Below, one piece after another: positions 12,891 through 25,714 of a stretch of 64,000 nucleotides of DNA. Numbering within the stretch: the stretch's first letter is position 1; each line of letters begins with the position of its first letter. Origin of the DNA: Lama guanicoe (lineage: Eukaryota); assembly GCA_013239625.1 (NCBI GenBank), contig MU054338.1:2606977-2670976 (forward strand), given 5' to 3'. The translations under genes and the position numbers were made by a program. The notes below the pieces were generated by a model. It had not been told where the DNA came from, made no database searches, and was given only the letters and a program-made list of their open reading frames with translations.

Positions 12891-13765
12891 GGGTTTAGCC
12901 ACAAATGTGTTGTATTTTTTGAAAGTGCAATAACTTGGTATTTTGAAGACCCGGCATGTGGCCAGGACCGCCTGTGGAAGGCGGGGGCCCCAGAGTGCGG
13001 CACCGTGTGGCGTGGGGGGGTCTCAGTTTTCTAGCCAGCTACCTCGGTAACTCCAATTCAGGTTAACTTCCCTACGGAACAGCGCAGATGTCCACGGGTG
13101 CCGCCGTCACCGGCCCCTCCTCAGCAGGGCACGGGGCGGCCACTTCCAAGGGGCAGCAGGGACCTGCCCGGCCTCTCCATTTGGGGCAGTTCCTTCCCCT
13201 TTTTCTTGCTCTTGGGTTTTCTGACGGGTATGAGGCCTGCCCGGCACCCCCTCCCCCTGGGAGCCTCAGTCTCGTCTTCCAACAGGACTGGGCTGGGCCG
13301 CCCTTCAGCTACCTGCCTGGCCCCAGGTGGCCCCCGGCCTGGGGTCCAGTGACCACAGGGCTCCCACAGCTGCCCCAGATGCCTCCAGGGACCCGCAGCT
13401 GGGTGCCCAGCCCCTAACCCAGCACCCTTGCTCCCGGAGGCCACCCCTGGTTCTCCAGACTGCCTGTGCCCACCGTCCTTTTTGCTTTTCTTCTTCCCCA
13501 CGCCCTCACTCCCAAGCCCCAGAATAATTTTTCTTTGTATAAACAGAAATCTAGTCAGGAAGCAATATCATTTCAGGTCTAAAGAAGAAAGGGACACAAA
13601 TCTGGTCGAGGACAAATTCAGTTTTACTGTATAAACTCGGTTGTGCAGTTCGGCCCCCACCGCCCTCCGCCTGCCCTGGCAGCCGAGGGCCGCTGTTTTC
13701 TAATATTTGTATTCTAATTTAATTGTTTTTTAAAAATGCAAATAAAAAAGTCAAGGTGAAGCCAC
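12891..13765 (+). other. PIAS4: PIAS4 3'UTR (visible part)
   Basis: Follows the last-exon gap. Has U-rich/TGTA elements and ends shortly after AATAAA at 13741-13746. Contains GTGCAATA (miR-25/92-family 8mer) at 12925-12932. Confidence 0.75.
13741..13746 (+). terminator. PIAS4 polyadenylation signal
   Basis: AATAAA preceded by an AT-rich tract and followed by a TCTCTGTGT downstream element. Confidence 0.8.
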
Positions 13766-13979
13766 TGAGGCGTCCGCTTCTCTGTGTATCGGGGCTGTGG
13801 CGGGGAGCAAAGGACAAGTCTTCCCGCCACGTGCTGCACAGCCTTCGGGTTCCAAAGGCACAGCATTTGATCAAATGAGGAAGATTTCATCTTGAGCTGC
13901 CAGGTCCAGTGTGTTTGCTGGGCCGGACAAGGAATTCAGACAGCCACTGAATCCCAGGACCGTCCCTGGCCCCCTGGGT

Positions 13980-14700
13980 GACCAAGAAGATACACAAATG
14001 CTCAGTAAGCTCAGAAAGATGCTCAACATCTCGTCACCAGGGAAACGCAGCTCACGACCATGAGAGGCCACCCCGTGGCTCACCCGCACCGGCCGGTGAG
14101 GATGAGGACGAGGACGCAGAGCCCTGGAGGGCGCCGGTGGGAATGTGAGATGGGGCAGCCTTGGTGGAAGGATCCCAGGCTGGAGTTGCCATCTGACCCA
14201 GCGGCTCCTCTCTGAGGTATCTGCCCCAGGGTAAATGGAAACAGGTTCACAGAAACACTGGCACGTGCGTTCGTAACAGTACGATTCACAACAGCCAAAG
14301 GTTTGTTGGGAAGCAACCTGGGTGTCCATCGACAGGGGAATGGCCACACAAAATGTGCTCCATCCGTGCAGTGGAATGTTAGCCTTAAAAAGGAAGGCAG
14401 TTCTGACACCCGCTATCACGTGGATGGACCTTGAGAACACGATGCTCAGAGAACCAGACACAGAAGGACGCACAGTGTGTGATTCCATGGATGTGAAACA
14501 TCCAGAATGGGCCGATCCACAGAGGTCAGAGGGTACCAGGGGCTAGGGTAGAGATACGGAGTAACTGCTAATAGGGAACAGGTTTCTTTGTGGGGTGTTG
14601 AAAATGTACTGGAACTAGATAGAGGTGATGGTTGCATAATTCTCCGAATATGCTAAAACCTCTGTTTCACTAGGGTGAAGTGTGTGAACTTGATGAAGAG
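13980..14700 (+). mobile_element. Old L1 (L1MB-like) ORF2 end / 3'UTR between PIAS4 and ZBTB7A
   Basis: cagccttaaaaaggaag..tggatggaccttgagaac..gattccatggatgtgaaacatccagaat..gatggttgca, homologous to other copies in the window. Confidence 0.75.
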
Positions 14701-15669
14701 CCAAAGCCTCCCCCCTCAGCGGAGGAGACAAGGGAGCGTGAGTGAAGACACCCTCCAGGGCCCAGTGGCTTAGAACCTTCCTCCACCGTTCTGACCAGAG
14801 GCCTCCAGTCTCCTTCGTGGCTGGCTCACCGTCCATAACATCTTCTATTTGCACTGGGTGCCACCCAGCCCGAGCAGGAGACCTAGGTCTACAGGAACAC
14901 AAACAAGTGACCTTGCTGCTGACGGAGGACCCCCCTCCCCACACCAAACCAGCACTCCGAACCCCTCCCCAAGCTCCTGCTTTCGTGGCATTTCCAGGCA
15001 AGGGCCGTCCATCTCCCCGGCTGTGGCGTGGCCATTGTGCCCCCATGGTGTCCCTCCATCACCCCACCCCCAACCCGGCCCAGGTGGCCCCAGTCTGATT
15101 TGGGGACTGGAGGGAGGGCACTCCCCAGGGCCCTAGAAGTGGTGGTATTTGGTGACCCCAACCCAGAGGAGGGGGCCGCAGCCCATTCCCCCCAGGGGTT
15201 GGGGGAGCAGTGAGCTCAGATCATGGATCATGTCACAGAGACCCATTGTAGGGCTACATCTTGGGGCCCTCTGGCCAACTTGGGGCTCCCTGGCCAAGGC
15301 CACCCCACCCAGGGCCTCAAAATACCCTGCAGTTGAAGGTGACCAAGAAGCCCGCCCAGCCGGTTCTCCCCGCCCACCCCCGCCCTCACCTGGTGGCACC
15401 CGCCTGTGCCCAGGGGTGTGGGTCACCTCCTCTGTAGGGGCCCTGGGCCTGGCACTGCTGGCAACACCCACCCCACCCTGGGAGCCCAGAGGCAGGGTCG
15501 CTGCGTGCAGACCCCTGCCTCCCAGGCCTGGTAGGAAGAGTCAGGCTGAGCTAGAGGTCCCTTCCTGGAACCCTAGTAGAGGGGCCCCCCCGAACCCTCC
15601 ATCCCCGCTCCCAAGCCTTCCCCCAACAAAACACAAAGAACATCAAAATCAGGCAAATGAGGCAGCAGC

Positions 15670-18600
15670 GGTCGTAACAGGCTGCGTTTAGTGGTTTTTT
15701 TATGTACAAGAAAAATGATTTTTTTGTCTGGTTTTTCATCATCTTTTGTCCTTTTGTTTTTCTTTTATTACTTTTAAAGCTTCTCCCTCCCCACCCCCAA
15801 AAAGTGCATTTTTATCAATTGTTTTTTTTTTAAATCTCCCACACTTTATAAAGACTCTCAAATACAGTCTATGGAATGTCTGCTCTGTGCTCTTTGACCC
15901 CATGGGCTTTGCCCCCCCGCCCTTCTCCACCAGGCCTGGCCCCCCAAAGTCCAAGGCACCTCGTGTCTGGGCCCGGGCAGGGCGGGGAGGACCCTGGGCA
16001 TCAGGACCCCTGGCCGCAGCCTTCAGGCAGGGATGGGGGAGGTTCTCCCTAGCCCTCTCCATCTCCTGCCCTGCCCCCATCCCACATGTAAATCTATATA
16101 TTTAGTGCGAGCTAGTCTCACTCTGAGGTTATGGCTCCTGGGGTGCCCGAGCCCCAGGCCCTGACCCGTCCTGCGCCAGCCATCATCGCCCATCCAAGGA
16201 AGGCTGCTTCCTCAGCTTAAATAACTTTTTTAAAATAAAACTGCAAATATAAATATCTTTCTTTCTCAAAAAATAGGATTTTTGCTCTTTTTTTTTTTTG
16301 TTGATTTTTACTTTTTTTCCCCGCTTTTCCTTTCACTCTCTTGGTCTCACCTCCTACAATCCAGGCTGCCTGGACTGCCTCGGTCCTGGGGGGGCCCTGG
16401 CCCCTGCCTCTGTCCCATGACCTGTGATGAGGCAGTCCCAACCACGGCCAGTGGGTCTCAGTAGTGCAGACTCCCCAGAAGACCCTGGAAGGGGCTGGGG
16501 GACTCCCTCCCCTCCTACCCAAGACACCCCCCCACCCCTTTAGAAAGAAGCAAAGGGACAGCCATGTACAAACAGGGTGACAAGACAGGATGGCCACAAA
16601 GGGCCTCCTGGGCAAGCCGCCCATGGGGGCAGACTTTGGTATGGCCCGGGGGAGCCCGCAGGGCACAGGCACAGGCCCACACCCGAGCCCGGCTGGGCCT
16701 GGTCCGGCACTTTACATTCACTGGTTTTTAATTTTTTTTTTTTTTTTGCTTTTTTTTTTTCTCTTATTTTCAAAAGGCAGGGTGGGGATCAAGGTCGGGG
16801 CTAGGCAGGTGCAGCAGCAAGGGTGCTAATCTCTCTCTCCCTGGTCCTGAAGGCTGGCGACCGCTCCAGGTGAGGGCTCCGTCCCCCACCATCCTGTCAG
16901 GGACCCCTGCCCCTGCCCCGGTGCGCCCCTCTGGAGCCCCCACCTGGAGCCCCCCACCTGGACCTCACTCTCGCACACACGCGCACACACATCCACACTT
17001 CACCAAGATGATGGAAATAACAATTTTGCTGTTTTTCTTTTTTCTTTTTTTTTTTGTACCAGGCAGTTAAAAAAACACCCCAAAAAAAGAAACCACAAAA
17101 AAAACCCCAAACAACCAAACAAAAAAACTTTTTGCTGTGTCCTTTCTGACCAGTCAGCACGTTCCCCTCAAATATTTTTGTTTGTTTGTTTCCTGAAACG
17201 CAAGAATTCAGCAGTATCTTTGGCAACACTTTATCACGACCTTAATTTAAAGAATAAAAATAAAATTGATCCACGTCTATATACAGTATGTGATTGCGCG
17301 GAGTTGGGAGACTGGGCTGGGAGGGCGCGGGTCCCGGCACTGGGCCCATGCAGATGCTGCGGCCCCCGGGGACGGGCTGGCGGGCAGCAGGAGAGGGGTT
17401 AAGGCGGAGTGGATGGGCAGGGCTGGCAAAAGCTGAGCGCAGAGCTAGGGGCAAGGGTTTAGTGCAATTCCCGAGGAGGTTTGTGTTAAAGTGTGCTCGG
17501 CGGGGTTCGGCCCTTGCCCCCGCCATAGTCCCAGAGGCCTCGATCCCCCAAGTTCGGTCGCCCCCACTGGCCAGGACGACAGCTGTGATTTTTTCAGTTG
17601 GTTTTATTGCGAGGGGGTGTATGAGTAGTGGGGAGAGGGCTGTCCCCTTGGGGAACCTCTCTGGGAGCTGGAGTTGGGTGGGGGGGGGTCCCTGGCCTGG
17701 GCACTTGAGCTCTCCGCTCGGCCTCCACAGATGGTTCTCAGCAAGAGCTCGCCCCATGACGCTGGGTTGTGGACGGGGCCACCCGGCCCTGGGCTCCCCT
17801 GCCACCCCCCTCAGGAGGGGGGGTCCTGAGACATTTGGGGGGCTAAGGGCTCGGGGGGGAGGGGGAGAGCAGGAAGAAACAAAAACTATCCTGTAGAAAC
17901 AATGATGAAAGTTGCCTTCTTAAAAAGCTTCCCTTTAAAACCAAGAAAAAGATGGGGTTTGTCACAGAACAAAGGGGCATGGGGTAATGGGCCAGTGGCT
18001 GGAGGTGGGGAGCAGGGACACCCCCACACCTTGGGTATTGACGAGGAAGGGTCTCAGCTCAGCAGAGTGTCTATTTACAGGGTCCCACACTAGGGTTGCA
18101 TATGCGACAGTCGGGGAGTGGGGAGGGTGCCCTGGCCTCTGGCAACACGGTCTCCCTAGCCCTGGCCCCAATCCGTGGCCTGTGGCTCGGTCAACACCGG
18201 GCCTTTGGGGAGCCAGAGGCTGGGGGGGAGGCAGGTGCCAGCCCCCAGATTACAGTCAGTGCCTTTGAGTAAAAAGAGGGGTGTCGGGGAGGGTGTAAGG
18301 CCCTGGAGACGGGGCCCCTGGTCGCCCACCTCAACGGGGATGGCATATCCAAGATGGCAGCTCCTCGGTGGCCACAAGGAAGGGCGGCCATGTTGGAGGG
18401 CGGGGGACAGCGAGGGTGGGGGACAAGGGCAGGGACACAGGGTTGCTCTGGCTGGTTGGAAGGCCAGCCCTCTCTCGGGCCCATCCCTGAGCTGGGGAGT
18501 CGGTAAGGAGGGTCCCCGTGGACGTGGGTGGCCACTGAATGGCTAGCAAGTAATGAGACATCTCCAAATCAGAGCCCAAAAAAAGGACAGGACAGGGTGG

Positions 18601-20102
18601 GGGTGGAGGGGTTGGTGGGGACACGGCAGAAACACAAAAACCCCACAGTCCTGCCTGCAAGGCAGGCCCCCGTGGTAAAGCACAAACGCCTCAGAAGGCC
18701 TCGCCCTCGCCCTCGCCCGTGCCTTCCTGACCCTTCTCACCTCGGGGAACAGAAGTGGATTCTACGTCTGCAGTGGGTTTCTTTTTTTATTATTTTGTAC
18801 AAAAATAAATTGACTTTTAGGAATTTGTTTGCTCTCTCTCGCTCTCTCTCGCTCTCTCATTTTTTTTTTGTCTTTTTGACTTTTCATAGAAGTTGGTTGC
18901 AACTTGTAAACATGTTTTTTAAATTAAGAATTAAGCTAAAGCGTAGTACCCGTTCTGTTACAAAGTGCCAAGACTTCTATTTTTGGTTGGTTGTCTTGTG
19001 TTTTTTTTTTTCTTTTTTTCCTTTCATTTTGTAAAATCTTGTTTTTATTGCTTTTGTGACATTGGAACTTCTGGACATTCTCTCCCCTCATCCCTGCCAC
19101 CGTGAGACCCTGGGTTCCCTCTCCTCTTGGCTCTCACCCCACACTGTTGCCTGCTCCTCTGAGGAAAAGTATATTTCATATATATATATATATATCTATA
19201 TATAAATTTTGTTTTTAAGGAGGAAGAGAAAAAAAAACCTTAAAAGTGCTTTAAAAAATTGGGAGAGGGCTAGGGGGAGGGGAGAGGGTGAAGACAAAAA
19301 GTTTCGAATCTCCAAACATCTCATGTGGTCTGGGGGGCTGGGGTCAGGGGATGAAGACAGGGGTGGCAGGGAGCCCTGAGCGGTGGCCCGAGGGTCACGC
19401 TGGGTCCTAAGTGCCATGAAGGAAGGCAGTGGGGACCCCGGGGAGCCTCCCTGGTGTCCCCCCACCTCGTCTTCCCCCCTTTCTCCACACCTGGAAATAA
19501 ATAGATCTGTGTCCCAGTGGCCAGGAGACACGGGGGACCACAGGCAGGAAGGAATGGGAGGCGGGGAGATGGAGGGGGAGACCCCCACTTAGGAAGTGCC
19601 TGGAGGAAGGAGGGTGGGGGAGGGAGGACGGGGCCATTTTAACGTCCGCTCACAGCGGACAGAAATCATTTAAGGTCTTGTCTCAAAGACTCCTAGAAAC
19701 CAGCGAGGAAAGGAAAGGAAAAGCCCATCCAGGTCCCCGGCCCCCCGAGGCCCCACTTACCCCTGCCGGGGCCCAGGGCCCCGACCAAGCCTCGGATGGG
19801 ACCCCAGACCCCGAGCCGGCGGCGCCCGGGAAGCTCAGAATCCTTGTGTCCCACAAAAACCCCAAACCCAGCCCCAAAAGCCATCGTCGGGGTGGGGGGA
19901 AGAGGGGCTGCGGGTGGGGGTGGGGCGAGGGTCCCCGTGGAAGGAGAGAGCATGAAGGAGAAGAATCTGAGAAAAGCACTACCCTAGATTCTGTGACGCT
20001 TCATATATATATATCTGTATATATATATATATATATATAGATATAGATATCTGTATATAGATAGATTTTCTTTTTTTGTGTTTTTGGGGGGTGGTGGGTG
20101 AT

Positions 20103-20178
<76 letters not shown>

Positions 20179-20202
20179 GTTTCTGCTTTCTCTTTTTGGT
20201 TT
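15670..20202 (-). other. ZBTB7A: ZBTB7A long 3'UTR (~4.5 kb) with several candidate poly(A) sites
   Basis: Starts after the stop at 20203. Minus-strand AATAAA at 19044-19049, 17603-17608 and 15764-15769; variant CATAAA/ACTAAA at 15687-15704 is followed by a GU-rich element at ~15625-15655. The distal end is approximate. Confidence 0.7.
20103..20176. repeat. (TC)n/(GA)n microsatellite with two interruptions, next to a TA-rich tract at ~20003-20063
   Basis: Directly visible dinucleotide repeats. Confidence 0.97.
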
Positions 20203-20647
20203 TCAGGCAAGTCCAGCCGCGAAGCTGCCATCGGCGGTGGCCCCGGCGCCCCCGTCGCCTCCCCCTGCGGCGCCCGCTACATTCAACCTGCCCAGGCCCT
20301 CGGGGCTGGCCTCGTCCTCGTCCTCCTCCTCGTCCTCAAAGTGCGTCTCCTGGCCGTTGCGCCGCGCGTCGGGCGAGCCGGGCGGGGCGGGGGCGCCGGG
20401 CGGACGGGGCTTGCGGCCGCGGCGCGAGGGCACGCCGTTGCAGCCGTCTTTCTTGAGGTGTCTGTGCAGGTGGTCGGAGCGCACGAAGGTCTTGCAGCAG
20501 CTGTCGCACTGGTAGGGGCGCAGGCCGGTGTGCACGCGCATGTGGTTCTTCAGGTCGTAGTTGTGCGCGAAGGCCGCCCCGCACTGCTGGCACAGGTACG
20601 GCTTCTCGCCCGTGTGCTTCCTCATGTGCACCTTGAGCTTGTCCTGC
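20203..20647 (-). CDS. ZBTB7A: ZBTB7A (LRF/Pokemon/FBI-1) final coding exon: end of zinc finger 2, fingers 3-4 and C-terminus
   Basis: Minus-strand acceptor cccacag|GCAGGAC. Encodes [22 protein letters not shown]...[25 protein letters not shown]...AAGLA*, with TGA at 20203-20205. Confidence 0.97.
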
Positions 20648-21094
20648 CTGTGGGCGGGTCGAGGGTCAGCGGTCGCCCGGCTGGGCCCCCGCGGGGGACA
20701 GCAACCCCCCTCCCCGCCCCTGCTGGCCTGGCGCTGGAAACCTGGACCGTTGTGGAAAGGGGAGCTGCTGCCAGAGGCGGCCCGGGTGAAATGGGGCCAG
20801 CGGGTGTGGTTTCCCGTTCTGAGGACAGCACCAAGGGCCCCTGAAGGTCTGAAAAGACCCTTGGACCCTGCTTGCTGCCTGGTCTTGGGGAAACAGCTGA
20901 ATCTCTCTGAACCCTTTTCCTTAACCACAGAAGGAGGAAGATAACAGGCCTCCCACCCCCACGGGCTCTGCTCAGTGGCAGGTGCATGCCTTCACAGCAC
21001 AGGCATTTATCAAGCACCTGCTGAATACCAGACCCTGTTCCAGGTGCTAAAAATGCTACAGGGAACAATGCAGGATGCCAGAGTGGTAACAGAG

Positions 21095-21183
21095 AGGGTG
21101 AAGCTGTCCTGGTTTTAGCACTGCAAGTCCTATGTCCGAGGAAACCCTTCAGTCACTGAAAAACCTGGGCAGTCGGTCACAGC
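21095..21183. mobile_element. MER81-like hAT DNA transposon remnant
   Basis: agggtga...gtcctggttttagcactgcaagtcc...ggaaacccttcagtc...ggtcac resembles the MER81 consensus as I recall it. Confidence 0.55.
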
Positions 21184-21579
21184 AGTAACCAAGTCCTCAC
21201 TCTAGGGATCCCCCAAGTTCCCGCCAAGTCTCCATTCACCTCTGCCTCACTCTGCTCTGGCCACACTGGCTTCCTGGCTGTCACCCCCGCATGCCAGTAA
21301 GCACAAGCCTACTTCAGGGCCTTTTTAACATGCTGTTCCTGCTACCTGGAACACTTTTTTCCTCCCAGATCTTCACAAACTTCAGTCCAAAGGCGACCTT
21401 GCCAGAGAGGCCTTCCCACACTCCCCCATCTCTGGTCCCTCACGGCACCACCTTGTTTCTCGAGAGCACAGACCCAGTGTGATTACAGGGCCCCTCCCTG
21501 CCCATCTCACCCTACAGAGAAATGTGGACCTGGTTCAGTCTGGGGCTTCCAGCCCACAAAGCTGGTCACCATATCAGTC

Positions 21580-21880
21580 CTGGGCTGACTATGGCCCAGT
21601 TGCTGCTCTGTCCCCAAGCCCTTGGCTGTCCAAAGTGAGATGTGTAGGAAGTGCAAAAGGCACACCAGATTCTGAAGACTTCATCTGCTCAATGCAATGT
21701 AAAATATTCCACTTATAATTTTGCATATCAATTACATGTTGAAATGGAACTAATGGATTATGTAAAATTTGATTAAAATTACTTTCACCTGTTCTTTCTA
21801 CTTTTTAAAAATGTGGCTGCCAAAAAACGTAAAATTACGGAGGTGGCTCACATGATATTTCTATTGCACTGCGCTGGTCC
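21580..21880. mobile_element. MER3/MER33-like hAT-Charlie remnant; second copy at ~54345-54660
   Basis: AT-rich island in a GC-rich intron. The two copies share caccagatt/gaagactt, attaca(t)gt(t)gaaa and ttcacct.tt.tttt phrases. Confidence 0.6.
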
Positions 21881-24265
21881 ATACTGATTGGGCTGTATTC
21901 CTTTGTGGACTCCACAGGGCATGAGCAGGGACCTAGGTCTCCAGAGCTCTGGCTACCATCTGATCTGCCCCTTGCTGCAGCCTTTTGTGTGCCACTGAGC
22001 CACTCTGGGTCTCTTCCTTCTGATGCCCACCAGACTGAGGTTCTTCGGTGCCAAGACTGACAAACTCCTACTCATCCTTCAAAGCCCCACCTGAAATGCC
22101 CTTCCTTCCCCAAGAAGCTTTTCACAACCCCCAAAGACCTGACTGCCTCCCACCCTTGGGGCTTTTCCAAGTCCCTCCCTCTAGCACCACCCACACACAG
22201 TTGGTGTCCCTACTTGCTCCAACTCTTTTTATGGCTCCTTATTGTCCTGAGGATCAAGACCTGGCCCTTTGCAACCAGACTCTTGCCTATTCTCTGGCTT
22301 TATTACCTCCAAATGAGCCAACAGAACTCAAGCCACAATGAACTCAACACTCCCTGGATTAACTGGGACTGTTAACAACAAGGGGCAGCAATCACCCGGA
22401 GCTCCCCTTCCCCCAGCCTCCCTCAGAGCCCACTAACATGGTCTCCCAGCTGTCCTGCTCAGATCTAGGAGCTAGATCATGGAGGGGACGGAAGGGACTC
22501 AGACTGTTCTAGCACTAAACAGAGATTTCCCCAGCTGAGGCCTGGAGGCTCAGAGAGGGGAAGTGACTTGCCCTGAGTTGCACAGAGGGTTGGGGGCTGC
22601 GCCAAGTTGGGGTGGGGGTGGAGGCAGCCCCAGTTTCATCACCTCAAGCCCCGGCCCGGGTAATTATAGCCCCGGCCGCCACAGGCCCTGCTTACTCAAT
22701 TCTCTAGTGTGACTCAGAGGGGCCCCTGGGCTCCCAGCCTGGAGGGAGGGGTAGGGGGCTGGGGCCCTGGGTGGGGGGCAGAGAAGAGCCAGGCGGGTGC
22801 ATTGGAGGAAGGGGCCTGGCCTGGTGTCCTTCTCTATGCCTCAGTTTCCCTGACTGGCAAACAGGATCGGCCCTAGGGTGGGATGGCCAAGAGAACTCCA
22901 GCTCAGAATGAAACCGAGCCTGGGGGGGTTCAGTGGGGGTCACCTACAAGTACTCTGGCTTGCTGGGCCTCCATCAAGCTGTTCTTCCCAGGCCCAGAGA
23001 CCCTTGAGGGTAGGACCCACAGCCATCCCAGACCCCCCATCTGGAGGAAGAGGTAGCCCCAAGACCACTGGCACCCTAATCTCACCAAAGGGAGAAACTA
23101 GACTGCCTTCCTCCCAGTAGCTGCCCTTTGCCCCTGCCTGGCACTCCTGGGCCCTGGAGTCCTGGCCACACCCTCCTCTCTTGGCCTGCTGGGGAGGGGG
23201 CTGGGGAAACAGGGTCGGGGGTCAGTCCCTAGATCCTGTCCCCATTGGGGTAGGGCCGGGAAGCTGGGACAATGGCTTCTTTCTTCAGCCTGGGTGGGCG
23301 TGGCTGGGGGAACCCCAGGGCGGGGGGGGGGAGGGGGTGGTGCTGAGTCATCCAGCCAGGGGTAGGGGGTGGTGCTGAGTCATCCAGCCTGGCCAGGCCC
23401 CTGCACGCCAGCCCCCCACCCCCACCAGGCTGGCCCACAAGGCCTAGCCAGTTACCTCTGGACTCTTAAGACCAAATCACAAATTACCCCCAGCCTGGCC
23501 TCAAACTCATCCTGTCCAGGGACCAAGCCCAGTGGCTCCTGTGCTCTTTTCCGTCCACTGACTGTAGCGATCCCCTAAGTGAACTGGCCTCTGGGCCTTT
23601 GCACTGACTGTTCCCTCTGCCTTTCTCTTTCCCTTTCTCCATGGCTCCCTCCCTTTCCTCCGTCAGGTCTCGGCCCCTGGGGAAGCCTCCCTGTTTAAGG
23701 CAGCACGAGCAGCCACCCCCGGCCCTGTTCTCTGCTCTCTTTTCCTCCCAAGCACTTTCCACCAACCAGTGCCATCAGTTCTGTGGTTTCATCTCGCACA
23801 TGCTCTGTCACCCCCACGGGGATTTTGGCTTGCTTCTCCACTTCAAGAACAGGGTCTGGTACCCAGTAAGCACTCCATAAATGTTGGCTGAATGAAGCAA
23901 GTTCCCCAAGTGACACAATAACCAGGGTTCCCTGTTCGCCCTCTCTCGTGGCCCAAATTCTCCAGTTGGAACAGGAAGAACCACCCCGAGAAAAAGAAGA
24001 GCGACTCCTTGGGCCCTTCCTTCCAGCCTCATGAGGTTCAGCACCGCCTGGCACACTTTACATTTATGTGGTCACCTTGTTTAGGGCCTGTGCACCCCCT
24101 ACCCACAGGCTCTCTCGACAGGCACACAGGGACGCCCTGATGGAGAAGGCGCCCTGGCAGGGCTGGGCAGTGCTGGTTTTACAAGCGCACAGGCACGTGT
24201 GTGGGTGACGGGGCAGGAAGCCCCCGCCACCCCCCGCCACCCCCTGCCACGGTGGCGCCGGCTCA

Positions 24266-25714
<1,449 letters not shown>

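Noticed and set aside
11810..13034. Long ORFs spanning N runs (also 33720-35759)
   Set aside because: Their length is an artefact of translating assembly gaps as X.
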